Source of the DNA: Marsupella aquatica
Lineage: Eukaryota; Plantae; Marchantiophyta
Assembly (NCBI GenBank): GCA_973895155.1
Contig: OZ316898.1
Coordinates: 1,835,927-1,899,926, forward strand
Direction: 5' to 3'
Length of the DNA stretch: 64,000 bases
Numbering within the stretch: the first letter of the stretch is position 1; each line of letters opens with the position of its first letter. The notes beneath the pieces were generated by a model. The model saw nothing but the letters and a program-made list of their open reading frames with translations. It had not been told where the DNA came from and ran no database searches. Shown here piece after piece: positions 38,641-50,863 of the stretch. The translations under genes were made by a program, and so were the position numbers.

Positions 38641-41196
38641 GTATTTCAGTTAATGACTCTTATTCAATAAAAACCATAAACTTAGGAAAGAAAGCCACAA
38701 GGGGAGCTTAAGACAGGATGTGCTGACATTTCTTAGAATCATTCCTCTCACTCATGAGTATACTTAAAAGCTGTAGAAAATGAAACCCTTAGTTTCTCTC
38801 TAGGACTTAACAAAGTTTACAAACTATACCAATTAAGGGGCTGCCAAAATAAATTCAAAACAGTATAGAATACCAAAAATTTAAAGGGGTCCAAAAATGA
38901 ATTAAAAGTCTATGTGATACAAAGGATGCCCCTTGTTAAGGTACATTCAAATAAAAATTCATGATACACAAATATGAATAAGTCAAAACATGAAAGTTGG
39001 ATTCACCATATAGCAGCTTCAATATGATAATATAATGTGACAAAGCTAACACTCTTTTGTTGGAGGTCATTTGCAAAAATGATTATCAACTTCATCAGGT
39101 GATAAATGGGCCTACCGGTAGTCACATCACAATGTGACGCTGGTTATTCAATTGGCTGACAAAGGCTTAAGTTTGGGGGGATTGGGGTGCAAAGTTCCAA
39201 TGCACCAACTCAGAAAAGTAAAGAATGACTAACCATCACAGTTGAGTGGTGGCCATGAGGGAGGCATTATTGACTTAGTGAAGTGAACTGCTGGCCTCGA
39301 GACCTTCCAGCATATAGTATGTGATCAAGGGTAGAGTTGTCTAGGATATTATAGCCAGATTAATTAATAGATACAGGGAAAGTATGGGGTGAAGATGGTA
39401 CTACAACAATATGAGGGAGGGTGAAGGACTTTGTATACTAGCGGAGGAGGATGGGTGGCGGAGGGGGATGATTTGTTCAGTTTTCTTGTCACTAAACACT
39501 CTTTGATTATGGGCTTGGTGTCACAAGGTGTAGGGTTTTTAACCCTTGATGAATGGTAGCACTTTGGGCTGGCTAAAACCCAAGTCAGCTGTCCTAGGTC
39601 CTATGAGGACCTACCCCCAATGGATCTCCCTCCTCTGCATGTATGCTATTCATGTTTACTTATTTTTTGGATTTACCAGTGAGAAAAACAAATCAGCTTT
39701 TGTGTTATCCATTCACGACTTTGTCTTATTTTCTTTACTTTTCGTGTACTGTACTTGGCCTTTCGTTACTTTAATAGTGCCTGGTTTTATTTCCCTCAAA
39801 GGAACTCAGAAGCACATTTGGATTCTTTTCTTTTGACCACTTCTATGGTCTATTCGTCTATGGTCTGTTCGGGTGACCTTGGGGGGCTTTACAAGAAGGA
39901 GACCAGGAGATGACAACAATTGAGCCTTTGCCTCCAAGATTTTGCTTATCAAGTGACCGCTGGGTCCACTTTGGCATTACATGAAATTGAGGAGTCACTT
40001 GGACTGGACTTTTTCCATTCCCACATGGACTAGAGTGAGTCCACAAAGTGCTTAGGTGGACTTGTAGTCATGGCCAAAGTTTCGACTACCTTTGGAGGTG
40101 GCAGTTTGAAAGGCGTTCTCTATCCTTCACTACAATAGTAAATGCAATACCTGATCACTTTTCTGGTCAGGCCAGTCTAAATTGACCTGTGTATAAAGTG
40201 TTAGAACACAAGCGACCTCTCTGTTTTGTCCGCGCATTTTTTTGAAGTGCCCTCAAGAAAGGTCAGGTGGATTGACTAATTAGTCTTGACTACTGTAGGT
40301 AGTGAATTTTATTAAACTACCACTGACTCCCCCTATCAAACTAAGAAAAATAGTGGGATTCACTATGGTTGCTCCAACCTTAAACAATCCCCAAAAGGTA
40401 ATAAAGAGCATTTAAGACTATCTTATCTAGATAAATGAGAAAAATATTCTTTTAAGGTACCCAACGTGTCAAGATTCCCCCAAAAAACCGTAAAATAATT
40501 TGTCTCGTAGTGTTTCCTGCTGAGAAGGATTCCAATGTTGAAAATAATAATTCATCATTCCTTTTTAGAGTTTGGATGTATTTTTTAGTAAGCTCTTTAA
40601 AGAAAGAATAGATTAATTTTGTGTGAGTGTACTTGTGCCTCAATGCTTATGCTTTTACAAAGTGTCTTCTCCTCACCACTTATTCATTTACAAAGTGTTG
40701 GCCCCACTTCTATTCCACATGCCATTTTTCTAGTAGACAACTGAGTGTTAGCTGTAAGAATAGTAATGTGAATCCATCTCTTTCAAAAAATGGTGGGCCT
40801 CTCATGTTAGGGTGGAGGTAATTAACCATAGTCTACCAAGAATCAATCTAATATAACTTACTTGAATATAAGATAAAATAGCATTTCGATGGACAAGATT
40901 GAAAAATCAATATAGACCTAACGGGGGTCTCAAACAAGAGATTATTCCCACTTGGGGATAATGGCCGTAACCCTCTCGGGCTCAGCACCCTCTGGGATCA
41001 CATTCCATTACCCCCTCTTCGGGATTATACACATACTTTTTACAGAAAAAGGCCAAATAGAGTACAAAAGAATAAACAAGAGAGGTCCCAAGTGGACAAA
41101 ACCAAACGCAAAAGAAGTGAGCAAAAGGAAACCCTAAAAACCAAGAAAGAGGAACTAAAAGAAGTGAGCAAAAGGAAACCCCTAAAAACCAAGAAA

Positions 41197-41493
41197 CTCA
41201 GGGGTCTCACTATATGGATGTCTCCCCATCCCCTGCGACGTTTTTAGGCCTCAGACCCCCTAAAATGTAAGAAAAAAAAATTATTTTTCAACCCCTATAA
41301 AGTTAGAATATTCTTGGAATATTCCAAAATTTTGGTTAAAAAGACCCTAATGTTCTTATAAGTCTCAAAATTGAATTTAAAGGACCCTATTGTTCTTCTA
41401 CAAAAATTCTTAAGTCTTCCCTTCAAACCAATAAATCGACCCTATACTTCGTCACACGTGATGTGCCATTTTTGTGGAAGTGAAACCCCCGAG
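41197..41493. mobile_element. 297-bp MITE with 15-bp imperfect TIRs and an 8-bp TSD
   Basis: TIR CTCAGGGGTCTCACT versus reverse complement of the right end CTCGGGGGTTTCACT (13/15). TSD CCAAGAAA at 41189-41196 and 41494-41501. Confidence 0.88.
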
Positions 41494-41565
41494 CCAAGAA
41501 AGAGGAACTAAAACTACCGCAAATGGACCGAGGTCCTCATCATACCTAGCAAATGTGACAACAAG

Positions 41566-42897
41566 CTAGTGGTCTACATCAAGTGTCGAAACTAGATCGG
41601 CAAGTGGGACAGGAATGTCCTCTAGGGGGGCTAGCCGCTGCGGAGTCACACTAGCACCCACTGTCAGAGATCGACGATAGACGGCCCAAGCTTGAGCACG
41701 CTGTAAGGTGACTGAAATGCGTTGGTGAAAGTGCGTGGTCAAAACAGATAGCGGGGGCCCGGTGGGACCCATCTGGCCGTGAACATCCCGAGCAGCTTGG
41801 CGAAGAAGCCCGTCGAACTGATGATGGAGACGCCCAAATATCTCCAGAGCAAGGGGCAGGAAGCTATCAGATGAAGCTCGTGCAACATATTTGGCCTCCT
41901 TCGTTGTTGCTGCTCGTGATGTTGCTGCCCCTGCCGTTGTTGCCGCTGTCCCAATGATGTCTTGGCGCAATGGGTTTGCCACCACTACATCTGCCAAAGT
42001 ACGGTGACCTTCACGGACCATGGTAAGATCCACCCGTAACCGTTGTGATGGAGGACCAGGTAACTCGAGCACCACCTCCCGCCGCGCGCAGACCAAAGAG
42101 CCAGAGAGAACCTGAGCAGTCGCATCTCTCACAGCGTCGTGAACAAAAATGGTTTCGCTGCCCAAACTGCATCGAAGAAGATGGACACCTGTGGCATCAC
42201 AAGGCTTCCCACAAGTGCAAGTAGGAGGTAAACCAGCAAGAAGTGGGTGGGGCAAGCCCATACGAAGACGCATGGCTGTCGCAAACTCCGCTGAAGACAT
42301 CCGCAGGTGAGGAATGACTGGATTGGCCTGAAGCCAGCCTCCTGCGCCCTTCCCTCCGGAAAAAAGAATCCGAGCTCGGTCCGTGTCAGGTGCCTCGGTG
42401 AGGATGCTGGAAAGGGTGAAAGCGTGCATACGCCCAACAAGGTTTGCCTGAAGACGGACGGGGTCCAAGGATAAAAACTCCTGGAATGAAGGTAACGCAG
42501 CTCGAACAGGATCGGGTAATGATGACCGCGCCGTGCGCAAATGAACCTGAAATGGGAGGGAACCCTCCTCGACCTCCATGAGAGACGAAAGTAAAAAAGG
42601 TCGATCCTCAGTAAGGAAACGATCTGCCAACAATGAGAAGGCGGCCGCCCACGCGCCCAAGAAGGCCAAAGGTGCAAGGCGCTCAGTGGAAGTAAGTCCA
42701 AAACCACCGTGAGAAATAGGAAGACTGAGCTGTCGATGAAGCCACGGAGATGAGAGCAAAGTACCTGGCCCTAAAAGAGAGGCCAAAGTCTCACAAATGG
42801 AGACATCAAACGCTCGGAGGTGTAGATAAAGATCCTCGGTAGGGGGATGCGTCCGAGCCAAATAGGACGCACGAGGGTGGATGCATCTCAACAACAA
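41566..42897 (-). CDS. C-terminal 443 aa of a CRE-like polyprotein (CCHC + restriction-like endonuclease), open frame without its own start
   Basis: LSLPISHGGFGL, AGGWLQANP, MRLRMGLPHP, CTCG..HLLRC, HDAVRD, RVDL..LADVVVANP, KEAKY, FLPLALEIFGRL, QRISVTLQRAQA. Confidence 0.85.
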   Translation of the reverse strand: MLLRCIHPRASYLARTHPPTEDLYLHLRAFDVSICETLASLLGPGTLLSSPWLHRQLSLPISHGGFGLTSTERLAPLAFLGAWAAAFSLLADRFLTEDRPFLLSSLMEVEEGSLPFQVHLRTARSSLPDPVRAALPSFQEFLSLDPVRLQANLVGRMHAFTLSSILTEAPDTDRARILFSGGKGAGGWLQANPVIPHLRMSSAEFATAMRLRMGLPHPLLAGLPPTCTCGKPCDATGVHLLRCSLGSETIFVHDAVRDATAQVLSGSLVCARREVVLELPGPPSQRLRVDLTMVREGHRTLADVVVANPLRQDIIGTAATTAGAATSRAATTKEAKYVARASSDSFLPLALEIFGRLHHQFDGLLRQAARDVHGQMGPTGPPLSVLTTHFHQRISVTLQRAQAWAVYRRSLTVGASVTPQRLAPLEDIPVPLADLVSTLDVDH

Positions 42898-45800
42898 CCC
42901 AAATGCTGCTTGAGAGTCGGGATGGGTTGCCCTAGACCATAGGATCCAGTGAGCTTGGCTATCAGCATTATCTGTAGTGGCAAAAATTTGTCAAATTTCA
43001 CAATAAGGAAAAAGCTTGGCTACTTTTGGAGGAAATTCCCCAGGTTTTCTGGCTTGGACTATGGCAGCCAGTTTCTCACCTAGCCAAAATTGACAATAAT
43101 TCGAAAGTTATCCTCAAATCCAGGGGAATCATGTGAATTTCAAACAATTAAAAAAAGAATATTCTTAGGATATCCTCCTTCTGAGTACAGGAGATTGGCC
43201 ACCCTGGCGAAAAGGGAAACCCTGGCTCACAATTTGCCCTTCTGATTAGGGACTGCGAACCTGGCTGCCCAGTCAGTATTTCAGTGTTGAGAGCAAGAAG
43301 TCTTTTGATTAATTTAGTGGAAGCTAGTGCACCACTAGGTTACATTTTAAGAATTGGGAGGCCTTTTCTATCCTTCTGCTTTGACAGTCAACAGCGCGCA
43401 GCAAGGGTCAGTCACTCGGTTCTGGAGGTCTCTTTTGTTTAGATTTCAAAGAGTTCTTCACTCTTGTTCAATCGCCAAGTCCCCTCTACTTTTGGCGGTA
43501 ATTTTGATATGAAAAGTTTTCTCCACTTTTGGCTGTGCTCACACTAATTTAAGAGCACAAGTTTTGGGGTTCTAGATTAATTAGTGTTCCTTGGGTCTGA
43601 ACAGTGGATACTTAGGGGGCCAACAAACTAACTTGAAACATACATGAGAATTGGAAAACTGACAAGAGTTAGTGTTGCTTTGGACTCAAGATCACTTTCA
43701 CCCACCTTAGTGTTATTAACATTGGCGCTAATTTTGTAGTAACACTAATAGTGGTGAACAGTGTAGGTTTTCTGTCTTGGCATAACCAGTTTCCCACTCA
43801 GACATTGGCCCCATAGCCAGAATCTGACATTTATCCTAAAGTCTAGCGAAATATGATAGTCAAATATTAATGTACAAAAATTAAATACAGAAATTCTTAA
43901 CTTAACATCTACTCCTCCGTATAATTTTAAATTTGCTGGGTGGCCAAAAAGTAAAAGACGACCCGATCCTGATTGCATCCATGCAGTGGCACCAAACTTA
44001 GTGAGTGTTGGAACTTGGAAAAAACACTTTAACCCTTGACAAGTCAATCATTCGGATCTGCATTCTTTTAGTGACGAATAGCCGAATTCCACCTTAAATT
44101 AAATGTTTTCTCCACTTTTGGCAAAAACTAGCCAGGCTCAGGCTTTTTGGCTTGGATTCGCTACAGTTGTTTCGCATCTACCCACAGACCGGGTAGCCAA
44201 AATCAGATTATCCTTAAATCTAGGGGGACAGACCCCAGTAGCCAGAATCTGTTGGTTATCCTTAAATCTAGGAGATCTAAGGATGCAAAATTCATCTACA
44301 AAATTAGATAAGAAATATTCTTAGCATGTTTTTAAACATTCACCACCACGACCGAAACGGAAAAACCTTAAGAAATTAACCATGATCATGGTACCACTTG
44401 GATAAAGCGGACCATGAACAGCCATACACTACCACCTGGTGTGAAGTGGTTAGTGCTCATAATAAATGGGTATGGAGCAAGTCACATGGAAATCAGGCCA
44501 CAAAATGTTTGTTTAATATGTGGACTTCGCACTTTGTGTTCAGGATATGCATTATTATAGTGCGTTGATTGTCGAGTACGTCTGGAGTTATGGCAAAGTT
44601 GACAAATGTAAAAGGTATGAGAAAGATTGTTTTCAATCAATTATTGTTTGTTGGATCATACGAGATTTTCTCGTAATTTATAGATTCAACATTCGTTATC
44701 GGCTTTAACCGGGAAAACGAATAGCTTGAGTTTGATCTTACTGCTTGATTGCCGTTTTTGCTTAATGGATCAACTCGATTGATTGACTGACCGATTGTGT
44801 ACTTGAACTTGTTGCCTGAGCTTTCGTGTGTCCAACGTAGAATGCTAGTCTTGAGTGACAGAGATGATGCGGCTTAGAAGGACCGTATTTTAACAGTCGT
44901 AGTAAGAGAGAGCTACTACGGCACTATTGTTGCCGTTAAACTATTTCTTATGGCTTCTCTGTGGAGATCAAGAATCTCTCTCCTTGTTATACCCGGGTCA
45001 TCAATTAGCTGGTCCGTGAACAATTTGAGCTCCAGCCTGCTTTGGTACTCTCTGCTCAAAAGCATTCATTGGAGGACAAATCACACAGGAATCTAAAGTT
45101 CAGGACAGTATTTTCAGTGTTCTTTTTAGCTCCTTTCCGCAAGGAAGCTGAACAAACCTGTGCAATTCCTGGTGAATTTTGTAAACTGACAAGAGCCAAA
45201 CAGGTGCTCAACGCTTGCATTGCGTGGACGCATGTGACAAACAATTTTTGCGAGCCTCCTTCAGGTGGAACTCGAAACCTGGGAATGGAGTGCAGATTGC
45301 CAGGATACTTTTCCAGTCCAAATTACGTCAATACTGTAACCGCGTTCATGGCCCGTGATTGATGAAGTACTGTCCTAAACTTAGAAGTAGCTGCCCAATG
45401 TGTATTTCATTTTCACTTGGTTGTTTCCTCAGTTGGACCGTCTTATTCACTTGATCAATTTTGGTCCCCGTCTGTTGTGTCTACTGGTTTGTTTTGGTAG
45501 TATCCTTGCTCCTCTGTTTTATGGGCAGTTTGTTTGACAGGTCATTTTGGAAGGAACACTTCAGATTTGGTCATCGTGAGTGCACATTAAGCATTGCTCA
45601 GTGTCCATGAGAAGAACGTTTGACGACCAACAGTCGATGATGACGCAATCAAAACTTGGTGTGTTTCCTGTTTAGTTTCATGCCACGAAGAGTCAAATGT
45701 GGTTGCTTTTCTCTTTTTCATCTCGTGACTGGAAAATTGGCTGGCTTGAAAGTGTATGTTTCATTAGTGATTAACAGATGGAGTTACTTGAATGCTGGGC

Positions 45801-46855
45801 GACAAGAGCAAATGTTGTTAGTGCGCAATTTCTTCGGATAAAAGCCTCTCCAATTTATTACGCCACAGCGCAAGGTTATGAGACGAGGATGTGTATTGAT
45901 CATCAAATTCAGTTTTGGTACATCCCTCAGCTGCATATCTGCGTGAAAACTTCTCTGGACGAGGATGATGGTCGATTTTGCTACTACAAAGCTGACTGCA
46001 GGTTCTGTGTGTTATGCAGTTTCTGTTTGTAGCTGCCCAAATTCTCATGCAGCAGGCTGGACTAAGTGAGGAGCTCAATTCAATCCGGCCATCTGCTTGG
46101 GTACTAGGTGTTTCTGCAAAATGTTGCACTCAAATGACACGAGCTCAAAAGAGTAATCGTAGTGCATGTCCGAGTGACAGACATTTCTCAATGAGTGTGA
46201 TCCAATCAAACCCTGTGCCCAAATGTACAATGGAAACGCGTCTTAAAAAGAAACGGAAAATGCAGTTCCTCCAATTTTTTTAATGGCATCAAGAGCTCAA
46301 AAAGAATTCAAATCTTGTGCAGTTCAGGCATTCACTGGCAGTCTACTGGTAACTCCTTACAAGGGTCCTGAAGATTTAGAAACGAAGTTAACTTTTATCC
46401 ACGTGTCTCTTTGTATACTACGCGATACCTCACGAACGCCTAAAATTCAGGTAATTTGATCTTCTGAAAGACGCCCTATGCATATCCCTGCAAACCAACA
46501 AAGAAACAGCATCAAGAATGGCAAAACCTTTCATTATGATAACCATTTTGACATCTCTGTTGCCTTTCATAGGACTGCCAGGACATAATGTCGAAAGGAC
46601 AAAGCACAGTAGGCGTTCGAAGTGGACCCCGTACTTTCTAGCGTGCATAAAAATCACACCCTTAAGCAAAACGTTCCAAATCACAACGACAAACAACTGC
46701 TGAAATGGCTCTCTCCGTGAGGCAAAATCAAGCCAACCAATGTGTCACGTTCGAGCAGCGTGGGGCTAGAGAACCTCTATTGAGAGAAGAATTTCCATCA
46801 GCGCAATTAGACCAGACCCTACCTGAGGAAAACGGCTGATATGTACAATTGCAGA

Positions 46856-49516
46856 TCATGATGTGCTCGTTGCTTCAACCATCTCCTGCTCCACAACGGG
46901 TTCAGATATTGGGTAGTATTTGTAATGGAGCTCCCCAACATCGTCTCCTGACTTCTTCACCCATCCCTCTGGTCCAACATAGTACACTGCATTTGACAAG
47001 AACTTCAGTACATCACACGACTTATCGCAACCTGTCAAGCCTCAAGAAACATCTCAAAGCACTTGAACCGCGATGCAGATCCTGCTAATCAAATAACCGA
47101 TCTAACACAACTATGCACGGGATCCCACAATTCAATGAAATACAACAGTCCGTCCTTACCGCTTGCAACTCCACCACTAGCTCCATCACGGAAAGTAGCA
47201 TGGTAAATTGCACGTCGTGCAAGTTCTACTGCTTCATCAATTGACATATCCCAGCGAAATCTGGAAATTCAACCCAACAAAACCTTAGCGATTCGAAAGC
47301 AAGGCTCGATGGGAGTCTTTTCTGTCTTCGATGAAGACAAACGACAAGAACAAGAACAAGAAGACAAACAAACAAAAGCAGTAGCAGCTCAGACCGAAGA
47401 AGTCCCCAACTCTAATACGGCGTATGAAACGCAACATCTAATTCCAAGACTACTCATGTAAGCAATCAACATCAATAGTTGATTTCGAAGACGAAATTGA
47501 ACAACTGTCACAAAATATATGCACAGCACAGCAAAGATTTGACATCAACAGGGTTTGATATCAATAAGTGGAACATTAAATACTCGACGAGTTCAGCTAT
47601 TCTGGTACTGTAATTTGACATGAGTATTCATCGTCAGCAAAAAAAAGATAGCTCTTACCCTGTGTCCAGCACACCATAAGCATATGTAGAACCAGATCCA
47701 ACAGAGAAACGCCTGCCCTTCACTCTGCCTCCCTCACTGTCCACGTAGTACAGTCCAGGACCCTGCCAATCGATCACGTCATGTAAACAGACTAAGACAA
47801 TAATTTATGTACATTACCTCCCCAGGAAAGAACTGTATCTCAAGTCTCGAGGTTGAACTGTGCAGCTATCCTAACACACTGAATTCGGAACTCACCGTCT
47901 CATCCCAGCCAGCGATCATGGTGCCCATGGAAAGGCCCATTCCTCTATAAGAGTACAGAGTGTTTGCCAGAAGCTTTGAGGCTCCTGTCACAGAAATTCT
48001 CCTCTTGTTCCCGAGCTCATGTAGACGGCACTATCGAAACAAAGCATCCAAGGAAAGAATTATCAGCGACCACAAATCGCCGCATTATAATCTCACCATT
48101 GAACACTCCACATGATGTTCCTCCGATGAGCTTTAGCACAGTCACGCAGTTCAGGATGTACAAGAAGTTATAAAGAAAAGAGCAATAAGAAGGCAATTCA
48201 ACTTCCAGTACCCGTGTTCCAAGGTTTCTTTGCCAAAATTGGCAATCCGCAGCACCTCCTGCCATAGTTCCTAATAGATAGGGGTTGATCTCCAAGATCT
48301 TCTTCACGTTCTGAGACGCTGCATGGCATTTAGATTAGTCTAAAATTTATGAAAACCCTGAACAAATAGGAAATGACATTACAGCTATCGATCTACGACC
48401 CAGTCTATATTTCATAGCCAAAAGCATCCTGCGGCCAGGGGCAATCTATGTCTGGAACTTTACGTGCCAGAAGCACGATATAAAATAAATTTCAATACAA
48501 CCGGTGAGATCCAGCTTTCTTAATAACCAATTTTAGACAGAGATAACACCAAAATCATGAGAGAGCTTATCGTTTCAGAAGAAGAAGAAAAAGTTGGTAG
48601 GATACGTGCCACCAAGTTTATATCATATTTGCGATTGATGAATCTGAAAGCTTATGGTCTAAGATAAGCATCTGTGAGATACGAACAGAAATGATGTATA
48701 ATCAAGAAGTGAAATAACGTCATCAGTGAGTCATTCTGGGATTAGGTCTAGAGCACGTTGAAAAGAGAGCTTACAAATGTAGTTTCCCATGCTTGCTCGT
48801 GAATCCGCCGCGACAATGACACCCTTCTCAAACACAAAGGCCAGAGTGGTGGTTCCGTGCAGAGGCTTCACCATATCGACAGCTGCTTTCTCAAAGCCAT
48901 CTAACTGTTACACAACGCGAGGGCACAAACAAGGTGACCTTGGGGATTTCGAAAAAAATCGTTTCTCTGATTACAGTGAATCCCTAAAGGGCTTTCCACG
49001 CAACCACAATTCCATGCAACACCCTAAACCCTAAACATGCTCGGACATAGAATTAACAATATCCTTGAGCACAGAGCATTTAGGGCATTACTCAGAATCA
49101 CAATTTAATTAAACACCGGCCCAAGCAATCCCTACCCATAGACATGCGTAAACTCCGCAAACAAAAGAGACCCGGGACAAATCGAAGCTCCAGTCCTAAG
49201 TTCAATTCGGAAGCGGCATTCGAAAAATTCACAACTTCACACACGACCGGCATTGACAACATCAAAGGTCACAGACGCACAAAAATCCGCAAACACAGAA
49301 GGCTACGAAATCACTAATCAAGAACACAAAAAATTTTCAGAGATGAGTCACGAGCAGTGTATCAAACTGGGGGCATGCGCTACGTACATCGGCAACAGCC
49401 GGGAGCTGAAAAGTCGGGGCAGACGAGAAGGAATTGCTGCTGGGTAAGTCGAACCCGCCATCACCGCGAGATTGGTGCAAGGAGACGGGATCGAGGCCAC
49501 TGAAATCAATCCTCAT
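46856..49516 (-). CDS. PBE: 20S proteasome subunit beta type-5, 7 exons, 278 aa
   Basis: Exons 49516-49388, 48904-48775, 48318-48212, 48030-47896, 47762-47659, 47260-47160, 46986-46856 (837 nt). Motifs: propeptide cleavage LHG|[58 protein letters not shown]. Confidence 0.96.
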
Positions 49517-49737
49517 CTCGTTAGAACGATCGCAATATGTCTCGTGTACAGGAGACGAATTCAGGAGCTGGTCGCGAGATCAGTGCAGTGGGATCGAAGC
49601 TCGAATCAAAATCCGAACAGAGTATTAGAGAGATGTCGAGAAATCGTGAGCAGAAGAAAGAGAAGAGGAGAACAAAACTGAGGAAAACAATTGAGTGAGA
49701 CGCAAGAGAAGCAGGAAGTGCTTTGTTTCGTTAACCT

Positions 49738-50290
49738 AACTCGAGTTAGGTGTGGCTATTTGTGATTGGTGGACGGAACTCGAGTTTCTAGCTCAGACTG
49801 GTAATGATTGGTGGACGGTAACTCGACTCAGCTCCGGCTGCCCGGTTTGACCTGACAGGCAACTTGACGCCTTGCTTGACACACAAAATGGTCTAATGGC
49901 GGCCCCAAAACGGCGCATTTGACGCATATTCCGAGTCATTCCCCAGCCTTCCCAAACTTTTCAAAACTCCGTCCCAACCTGGTCCTGGGGTCCCCTGGAC
50001 TCCCCCAGTCTAGCAGCCGGTCCCGGTTCGGGGTTGAGGCTGGGTCGGGGTCGGGGCTGGCCACGTGGGTGGGGGGACCAGGCGAGGTTGGGGCCGGGCT
50101 GGGTCGAAAATGGTGGGGGCGGGGTCAGGGCCAGGGTCAGGGCTGGGTCAGGGCCGGGGCCGGTTGGGTGTCCAGATGATGGGGTTGAGACCCCCATTTT
50201 GCCCGTCATGGCCAAACCGGGTCTAGCTAATTGTGATTGGTAGATGGAAACTTGACTTGGCTGCGGCTGGTTGCGATTGGTGGAGAGAAC
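49738..50290 (-). promoter_or_regulatory. Degenerate ~40-bp repeats each containing a CCAAT box, in the proteasome beta5 upstream region
   Basis: GATTGGT(G/A)GA followed by AACT at ~49764, 49806, 50235 and 50275. Confidence 0.5.
49841..50221. mobile_element. Probable GC-rich MITE-like insertion
   Basis: CCCGGTTTGACC-TGACAGGCAA versus reverse complement of the right end CCCGGTTTGGCCATGACGGGCAA. It splits the CCAAT repeat array; no clear TSD. Confidence 0.5.
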
Positions 50291-50504
50291 TGTTGAGTAT
50301 TGCTCTTAGTCTTGTGACTCTATAGCTAACCATAGTTAGGCTAAGTCAGGTTAGGACTTAGCTTAGGTTAGCAGTGATTCATGTTGTATATATAACGAGG
50401 GCTGATGTAAGCCCCTGGTGAATCTTCAGTTCATTGTTGGAGTGGAGCAAGAGAGAAGTAAAGTTCTCTTGCTTTCCCGTGGGTATAACCTCGGTCATGA
50501 GGTG
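50291..50504 (+). mobile_element. 5' portion of a related copia LTR, interrupted by the next element
   Basis: TGTTGAGTATTGCTCTTAGTCTTGTGACTC... is colinear with, but diverged from, the LTR starting at 50505. Confidence 0.8.
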
Positions 50505-50849
50505 TGTTAGGTATTGCTCTTAGTCTTGTGACTCATGAGCTAACCACAGTCAGGCTAACTCGGGTTAGGACTTAGATAAGGTTAGCAGTAGTGCTGTTGT
50601 GTATATTGTCAAGGCTGGTGCCAGCCCCTGGTGGAACTTAGGCTCATTGTTACGGAGCTAGTTGAGAGATATGGAGAGCTTGCGTTGTGAATGCTTGGTA
50701 TGGCCGGTCGGCCTAGAGTGCACTAAAGCTCTTGTGTGTTCTTGTGGACGTAGCCTCATATGGAGGTAAACCACGTATCTCTCTGTGTCGACTCTTGTGC
50801 GTTGGATGGTTCATGGGCTTGCAATTGCGAATATCGTCTATGCTCAACA
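50505..50849 (+). mobile_element. 5' LTR of a Ty1/copia retrotransposon
   Basis: TGTTAG...CTCAACA, followed by a PBS; matches the solo LTR at 37694-38037. Confidence 0.92.
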
Positions 50850-50851
50850 AG

Positions 50852-50863
50852 TGGTATCAGAGC
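50852..50863 (+). other. Primer-binding site complementary to initiator tRNA-Met
   Basis: TGGTATCAGAGC 2 nt after the LTR end. Confidence 0.92.

Larger units (their letters stand above)
40920..42918 (-). mobile_element. 5'-truncated second CRE-like non-LTR family
   Basis: Truncated downstream of the RT core (DSQAAFGLLLRC). The T-rich 3' UTR contains a 47-bp duplication and a MITE. Its 3' terminus differs from the first family. Confidence 0.8.

Noticed and set aside
42970-44330. hAT-like remnants (reverse-complement CAGGGTGGCCAATC at ~43193-43206; duplicated TATCCTTAAATCTAGG)
   Set aside because: Only one terminus, so boundaries cannot be defined.
44500-46300. Plus-strand exon-like or C/D snoRNA-like signals (TGATGA boxes)
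   Set aside because: No coherent spliced frame, no matched D box with a terminal stem, and no rRNA guide recognised.
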